Origin: Eledone cirrhosa
Lineage: Eukaryota
Assembly: GCA_964016885.1 (NCBI GenBank)
Contig: OZ024741.1
Location: forward strand, 207,762,001-207,826,000
Direction of reading: 5' to 3'
DNA: 64,000 bases
The notes under the pieces were generated by a model that was given only the letters and a program-made list of their open reading frames with translations, was not told where the DNA came from and searched no databases. The position numbers and the translations under genes were made by a program. This document shows, one piece after another, positions 57,296-64,000 of the stretch. Every line of letters starts with the position of its first letter. Within the stretch, counting starts at the first letter, position 1.

Positions 57296-57333
57296 GCCCT
57301 GATGAGTCCTTAATAGGACGAAACATTGTTGGC
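57296..57333 (+). ncRNA. Minimal type-I hammerhead ribozyme
   Basis: GCC-CTGATGA-GTCCT-TAAT-AGGAC-GAAA-CATTG-TT-GGC followed by TAATAAA. Confidence 0.88.
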
Positions 57334-58134
57334 TAATAAAGACTTTTGATGTATTGAAGGCTTCTTTGGTTTATTTTCATAATATATATATATATATAAT
57401 ATATATATATATATATGCATGTATGTATGTATGTATATTCACTTATTATGACTCAGTGTTGAGCCTTGTTACTTTGAATAACAGTGATTCTCATTGGATG
57501 TTGAATAAGACTTTTTCTCATTTACTCATTCAGATCACGTAGGAAGAACAGTGGTTGGTGATTGTTGCCAAATGTCGTGAAAGATTCTGAATAATGACGG
57601 ATTGAATCACCACCGGTTTCCAAATGTTGGGCATGTGCGTGCGAGTATTTCTAATTCTTCGGTTGTTTTAACCAGCCGAGTCTGATAAACTGATAGAACA
57701 CCACCTTCACAGCTTAATGTTCTATGTCTTCTGTGTTATTTTTGTGCCCAGGGCACCACTGTTATATTTGGATTTATCAGTATACGTGATATTTCCGATT
57801 AGTAGATCAACGAAAAAGGATGCTCTAATTTATTTGTAGCTATTAGAAGAATGACTGACGTGCACTGCTAGAAAGTCAAACCAGACACTTTATATCTTTC
57901 AGATGTAACTTTGGTAAAGTTTCGTAGATGTTTCAAGGGAGACAACTGTACAATTGTTAGCCTTTAAATATCAAGGTTCTGCAATATAGATTCGTTGTGC
58001 TGGAGAGTTTGAAGAAGAGTTTGTGAGATCTAAAAAACACATCCCATTGGTGATTGCTTAATTTTTTTAATTTTATGAAAACCTTTTCACATACATATGG
58101 TTGTATATCATCCCCCAGTCGAAACGCCCAGCAC

Positions 58135-58246
<112 letters not shown>

Positions 58247-58344
58247 AGATTCATGTCCCCGACGGCTGAACTCCGGTCGTTTCGACAGCTAGATCTATAT
58301 ATATTATATATGTATAATATATATATATATACATATATATATAT

Positions 58345-58531
58345 AATTGTTTCTACTTTTGGCACAAGACCAGCAATTATCCCAGTGTATTACTGGTACT
58401 TTATTTTATCGACCCCGTAAGGATGAAAGGCAAATTTAACCTCGGCGGGATTTGAACTCAGACCATAAAGGGCTGTAACTCTTTGCTGCAAAGCATGGCG
58501 TCCGACCCTCTACCGATACTGCCAATCCACC
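58345..58531 (-). mobile_element. tRNA-derived SINE
   Basis: Reverse complement of the 583-775 family. Confidence 0.92.
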
Positions 58532-58618
58532 ATATATGTATGTAAAAGGTAAACAGAAATAACAACACAATCGGTACAGGTATATATTATGTTAACGCTT
58601 GATATAGCAGGAAGAGGG

Positions 58619-58654
58619 TCTTAACGTTTCGGACGCTAGTCCTTCATCAGAAGA
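58619..58654 (-). ncRNA. Minimal type-I hammerhead ribozyme in a ~165-bp orphan Penelope-type terminus
   Basis: Reverse complement TCTT-CTGATGA-A-GGAC-TAGC-GTCC-GAAA-CG-TT-AAGA, with palindromic AACGTT. Confidence 0.85.
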
Positions 58655-59140
58655 AAGAATGAGAAAATAAAATAGATTGAAGTCATTCTTTTCCTTTTTT
58701 CAAATATATATATATACACATGTGCGTGTGTGTGTGCATCTACAACATCGTCAAGGATTATCATTATTAGATGTTCGTTTCCGTTCTTTCTAAATTATTC
58801 CTAATGTAGTGTCTATTCATACACACGCCCACATATGCACGCACACACCTACACACACATATGCCTATATGGGTGTACTTTCGTATGTATGTATGTATAT
58901 ATATGATTTGAAAGGGTAAAATAATATAAAACATTCTATTTCTTGAGATATAGAGTCCTTTAATTCTTTATTCTGCATGAGGAAGTGACGATCAGAAATC
59001 ATAGGAGCTCATGATTGTATATTTTCTTCCTAAATATACTTACTCTGCATCCCATTATACATCGAGTACTACTTTGTTTACTGGTATTTCCGAACTTAGA
59101 ACCACAGACACTTCATATATATATATATATATATACTGTA

Positions 59141-59193
<53 letters not shown>

Positions 59194-59249
59194 TGTGTAT
59201 ATATATATATATATATGCCTCTCTGATTTGTCCCTGTTCCATTTTTCAC

Positions 59250-59315
<66 letters not shown>

Positions 59316-59854
59316 TTTATATATATATATACTCATGAGCGCCCATAAACACACATATATACATATGTATATATATTAATATATTTCTTCACATATAAAC
59401 ACTCATGAACTCCATAAATAAAGAGACAGCCAGACCAAATAAATAGTGGAACAAACAGGAGAAAACCGTGTAATGCAGTGAGAGTCGTTGTTGCTGTGGC
59501 CGACAGGATGAGGAGATAAGATAATCGAGGACACCAACTTTATAACAAACAATGTTGGCAGGTTAGACTTAAGACTAGTCAAAAGTGAAGGTGATGGTGA
59601 CGCCGCTTGAGCTGGGGGTGCCCCATGTCTGAAGACTGTGTTGGGGAGACACGCGTGTGCGCGCACATATATTCGTACATAATACTATATATATTTAAAA
59701 CTACATACACACACACACACACATATATATATATACCGGTACTGGCATTGATAAATATGCTACGCCCCTCAACCCTTATTATATATATATATATATAATT
59801 TATGTATATATGTATATACATATACATATACACACAGACACACACACACACACC

Positions 59855-59912
<58 letters not shown>

Positions 59913-60443
59913 TGTGTGTGTGTGTGTGTGTGTAAATTCATTTAACGCGTTGGCTTCTTTATCTCGTGAATACATATTGAAAGAAATTTCACTTTCACGT
60001 AGACAACGTAAATATGTCAGACCAGCCCTGGCAACCACTGATGCCATCTACTCATCGTTTGCCTGTATATGTGCGTATGCGAATATAAATATGTGTATAT
60101 ATATATATACATATATGCGTGTGTGTGTATGTGTGTTCGTGTATTTGCCAATATTACATGTGTGTTCGCGTGAGTAAATACATACACACGCATGCGCACA
60201 CACATACAAGTATATATAATAGAGAAATAGACAATTTATGTGTAGTGTGGTTATTGGTTTATAGTTTTGCAATTAAAATTCTTCTGAGAGTCACTACAAT
60301 ATCTGTTTGATAGCAAGTATGTTGGGTGTGTTAGTCCTCGATGGAAGTGTATACATGGTGATAACAAGACAATGTACACCGCATTTAAATATACATATGT
60401 ATATACATGTATGTCTCCCTCTCTCTATATATATACATATGTA

Positions 60444-60538
<95 letters not shown>

Positions 60539-60681
60539 GATAAACCAGAGCTATAACTAACGTTTAATACCAACACACTGAGACGATGATTAAACAATCA
60601 TTCGCACAGCCAAAAATTCGACCAAGAAAATTCGGATCAAACAAATAAAAATATATGTGAATGAAAAATTATATATGAATG

Positions 60682-60733
<52 letters not shown>

Positions 60734-61089
60734 TTCCGTGGTTGTCTGTCAACGGGAAGATGAATATTTAAATAGTCATGAATGTAACTTGTGTGTGTGT
60801 GAATGTTTACGGCATTGCACACGTGCACATGGTATGTCAATGACTACGTGCATGTATTTATGTAGATGTATGTATTCATGTGAGTGCGTGTGTCTAAGTT
60901 TGTGTGGTGTGTGGGTGTATGCTTATGGGTGGGGTATGAATATTTATGTGTACGAAAGTGTGCATGTATTGTGTGAGTGTAGGTGTGTATGAGTGTTGTG
61001 TGTATGTTGATGTGTATACATAAATGTTTGAGCGTCGGGTATGTGTATATGAGTATGCGCGGTCTGTGTGTGTGCTTTTTAACAATGAA

Positions 61090-61530
61090 TGTATAGCCTC
61101 TGTGTATGTATGTGTGTAGATGTATGTATGTATGTACGTATGTATTTATGTATGTATGAATGGATGAATGGATGGATGTACGTCTATATGTATGTATCTA
61201 TGTATGTATGTTTGTATCTATGTATCTCTGTATCTATGTATGTTTGTATACATGTATGTTTGTATATATGTATGTATGCTTGTATGTATGTATGTATTTA
61301 TGTATCTCTGTATCTATGTATGTTTGTATATATGCATGTTTATATATATGCATATATGCGTGTATGTATTTATGTATGTATTTATGCATGTATGTATGTA
61401 TGCATGTAAGTATGTAGGTATGTATGTATATTTGTATATATGTTTGTATGTATGTGTTTATATATGTTTCCATGTATATATGTATGTATATATGGATGTA
61501 TATATATATGTATATATGTATGTATATATG
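61090..61530. repeat. Degenerate (TATG)n tract
   Basis: Direct reading. Confidence 0.9.
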
Positions 61531-61531
61531 T

Positions 61532-61933
61532 CCGGGAGAGATGACCCCTTATCCTTTGTCAAGGCAGAATTCTAGGAGAAGGAAAACTCTGATATAACAC
61601 CTGCAACCCTGATGGTATCCAATGATGTTGACTTGTTCTTCTTTTTGGTAAATATCATCTTGGTTAAGAGAGTGGGACTGGCTTTGTGCAGTTCCTTTGC
61701 TCACTATAAAAGCTTCACGGCACAGGCATTGCTTTATATCTGGAGATCTCTCTGCACTTGTCATCACAGGGTACAGTATTATGTGTCAGTAATTGTCACA
61801 AGTATAGTATTTGTACCAGAGTTTTCAAGTCGCTGGCTGGACTAAAAAGTCACACTCGTTCAGCGCATCAGTAGTGGTTCTCCTACATGGATATAAAGTA
61901 GTGGCCGTACTCGAAAACGAGTTGGCAGCCACC
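61532..61933 (+). mobile_element. Bipartite non-autonomous RTE derivative, 5'-truncated copy
   Basis: Near-identical to 62201-62611. Confidence 0.82.
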
Positions 61934-61974
61934 ATATATGTATATATATATGTATGTATATATGTATGTATGTC

Positions 61975-62007
<33 letters not shown>

Positions 62008-62008
<1 letters not shown>

Positions 62009-62611
62009 GTCACCAGTTGGTGCTACTGGTAACATGTATCCCAGTACAACCTGTCTCATGGTCGGGTCGTTGGCGACTAAACTGGCAACCCCACCAAGGT
62101 TTCTTGGTGAGGAGGGAGACTTTGGACATCCTGCAGGACTAAAAACAAAACCTGTCAAAGGGCAAAGGAGCTCTTAAGAGTCAATGGCCATTCAAAATCA
62201 CCGGGAGAGATGACCCCTTAGCCTTTGTCAAGGCAGAATTCTAGGAGAAGGAAAACTCTGATATAACACCTGCAACCCTGACGGTATCCAATGATGTTGA
62301 CTTGTTCTTCTTTTTGGTAAATATCATCTTGGTTAAGAGAGTGGGACTGGCTTTGTGCAGTGCCTTTGCTCACTATAAAAGCTTCACGGCACAGGCATTG
62401 CTTTATATCTGGAGATCTCTCTGCACTTGTCGTCACATGGTACCATGGGCCCAGCACTATGTGTCAGTAATTGTCACAAGTGTAGTGTTTGTACCAGAGT
62501 TTTCAAGTCGCTGGCTGGACTAAAAAGTCACACTCGTTCAGCGCATCGGTAGGGGTTCTCCTACATGGATATAAAGTAGTGGCCGTACTCGAAAACGAGT
62601 TGGCAGCCACC
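62008..62611 (+). mobile_element. Bipartite non-autonomous RTE derivative, full copy (5' UTR fused to last C2H2 finger and 3' UTR), in (TATG)n
   Basis: 62008-62195 matches the RTE 5' end at 23080-23261, and 62200-62400 matches 29545-29765. The 3' part encodes CTRVFKSLAGLKSHTRSAH, like the finger ending at 32290. Confidence 0.85.
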
Positions 62612-62925
62612 ATGTATGTATGTATGTATGTATGTATGTATGTATGTATGTATGTATGTATGTATGTATGTATATATGAATGTGTGTATATGCATGTGTG
62701 TATATATTGGTGCCGCCGTCAGCTAGTGTAAAAACCATTTACAAACAAGAGAGAATGGTTATTATCTTGATTCTTCTCCCTACCAAACACAGACACACCC
62801 TTCCTATAACTATTTCATTAGACATTCTATTTATTCTATTTATCTTCATTGCCTTCTTTTCACTTATTTATTCCTATCATAATTCTCTTCTTTTAATCCT
62901 ATATTCTTTCACCCACCCCTTCATT

Positions 62926-62985
<60 letters not shown>

Positions 62986-63014
62986 TCGTTCATTCCTTCC
63001 TTCCCTCTTTCATT

Positions 63015-63203
63015 GTGGATTGGCAGTATCGGGAGAGGGTCGGACGCCATGCTTTGCAGCATAGAGTTACGGCCGTTTATGATCTGAGTTCAAATCCCGC
63101 CAAGGTTAACTTTGCCTTTCATCCTTATGGACTCGATAAAATAAGGTACCAGTAATGTACTGGGTATTTTGCTGGCCTTGTGCCAGAAGTAGAAACAATT
63201 ATT
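63015..63203 (+). mobile_element. tRNA-derived SINE
   Basis: Same family as 583-775. Confidence 0.92.
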
Positions 63204-63942
63204 TCTTTATTGTTATCTGAGGGGTTAGGAGTAAAAGGTTGTATTGGTGATGGTACTGATTGTGTTTCATATGGCAGTGACGGTGGTGGTGTGTGTGTGT
63301 CGGTGTGGTTGAGTGGTTGCGTTGATGATTGTTATGTTTGTTGTAGTGTTTGTGGGAGCTGTAGCAGCGGCGGCGGTGGTGGTGTTGGTGGTAGTGGCCG
63401 CACACACAAATATTCACTGACTATAATACATACATACATACAAATAGAAATACCTTCGTACCTAATTTAGTTTTCGGGTTGTTTTACCATCAGAGTGAAA
63501 ATCGTGATAGAGCAGCGCTCTCATGTACACGAACGTGCACGCACACACTCACACACACACACACATACAGACACACACACATACACACACACACACTCAC
63601 ACTCACACATAAAATTAAAATGTCGTAAACATTACATTACAATACAATAGGAGAGAACATGATAATAGTACCATTGACGATGTTGCAGATGTGCAACGAA
63701 ACAACTTTGATAGACTATATATATACATTCATATCTGTATTTTTAACCGTTGTTCAGTCAATGATAAACATTGATTGCCAAACGAATTAACTATGGCGAT
63801 ATAAAAGATACAGAAGCAAAAACCAACCAAACAGTGAGTGTGTTCTGTTATTATTTCTGGCAATATTATTACAACAATATGACCCTCTACAAATATAACA
63901 ATGTTTGTTTCGACACAGGATTTCATATCAAAAACCTTGCAA

Positions 63943-63988
<46 letters not shown>

Positions 63989-64000
63989 CGTGTGTATATA

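Larger units (their letters stand above)
53607..57345 (+). mobile_element. Penelope-like element 3 (5'-truncated) with ~1.8-kb AT-rich tail and terminal hammerhead
   Basis: RT remnant upstream (FIQFDIDAYYTSISP), ORF 53820-55526, then hammerhead and AATAAA at the 3' end before (TA)n. Confidence 0.92.

Noticed and set aside
57440-57960. Possible old Penelope endonuclease remnant on the minus strand
   Set aside because: No open frame or clear motif could be read.
59625-59660. CTGAAGA as a hammerhead core
   Set aside because: No stem II, GAAA or NUH arrangement.
59400-60360. Unique islands between microsatellites as host exons
   Set aside because: No supported ORF or splice structure from sequence alone.

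Overview
A eukaryotic, AT-rich and microsatellite-rich window made almost entirely of transposons, with no recognisable host gene. The SINE types and repeat style look octopus/cephalopod-like (inference). It holds three Tx1-type LINEs, two R4/Dong-type RLE LINEs (one with an intact 1130-aa ORF), two RTE LINEs plus a bipartite non-autonomous RTE derivative, three Penelope-like elements (RT + C-terminal GIY-YIG), tRNA-derived SINEs and Tc1/pogo-type MITEs. The main result of reading the non-coding DNA is 12 complete type-I hammerhead ribozyme motifs and 1 truncated one. Six complete motifs and the truncated one lie in two related non-coding repeat families (about 467-bp and 427-bp units), arranged as a near-perfect tandem array or as head-to-head inversions in (TA)n. 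Each unit has an ATGCAAAT octamer about 80-95 nt upstream of the ribozyme. These look like retrozyme-type (circular-RNA) elements mobilised by Penelope machinery, possibly with their own snRNA-type promoter. The window also shows roughly 22 kb of nested insertions and microsatellite-specific LINE targeting.
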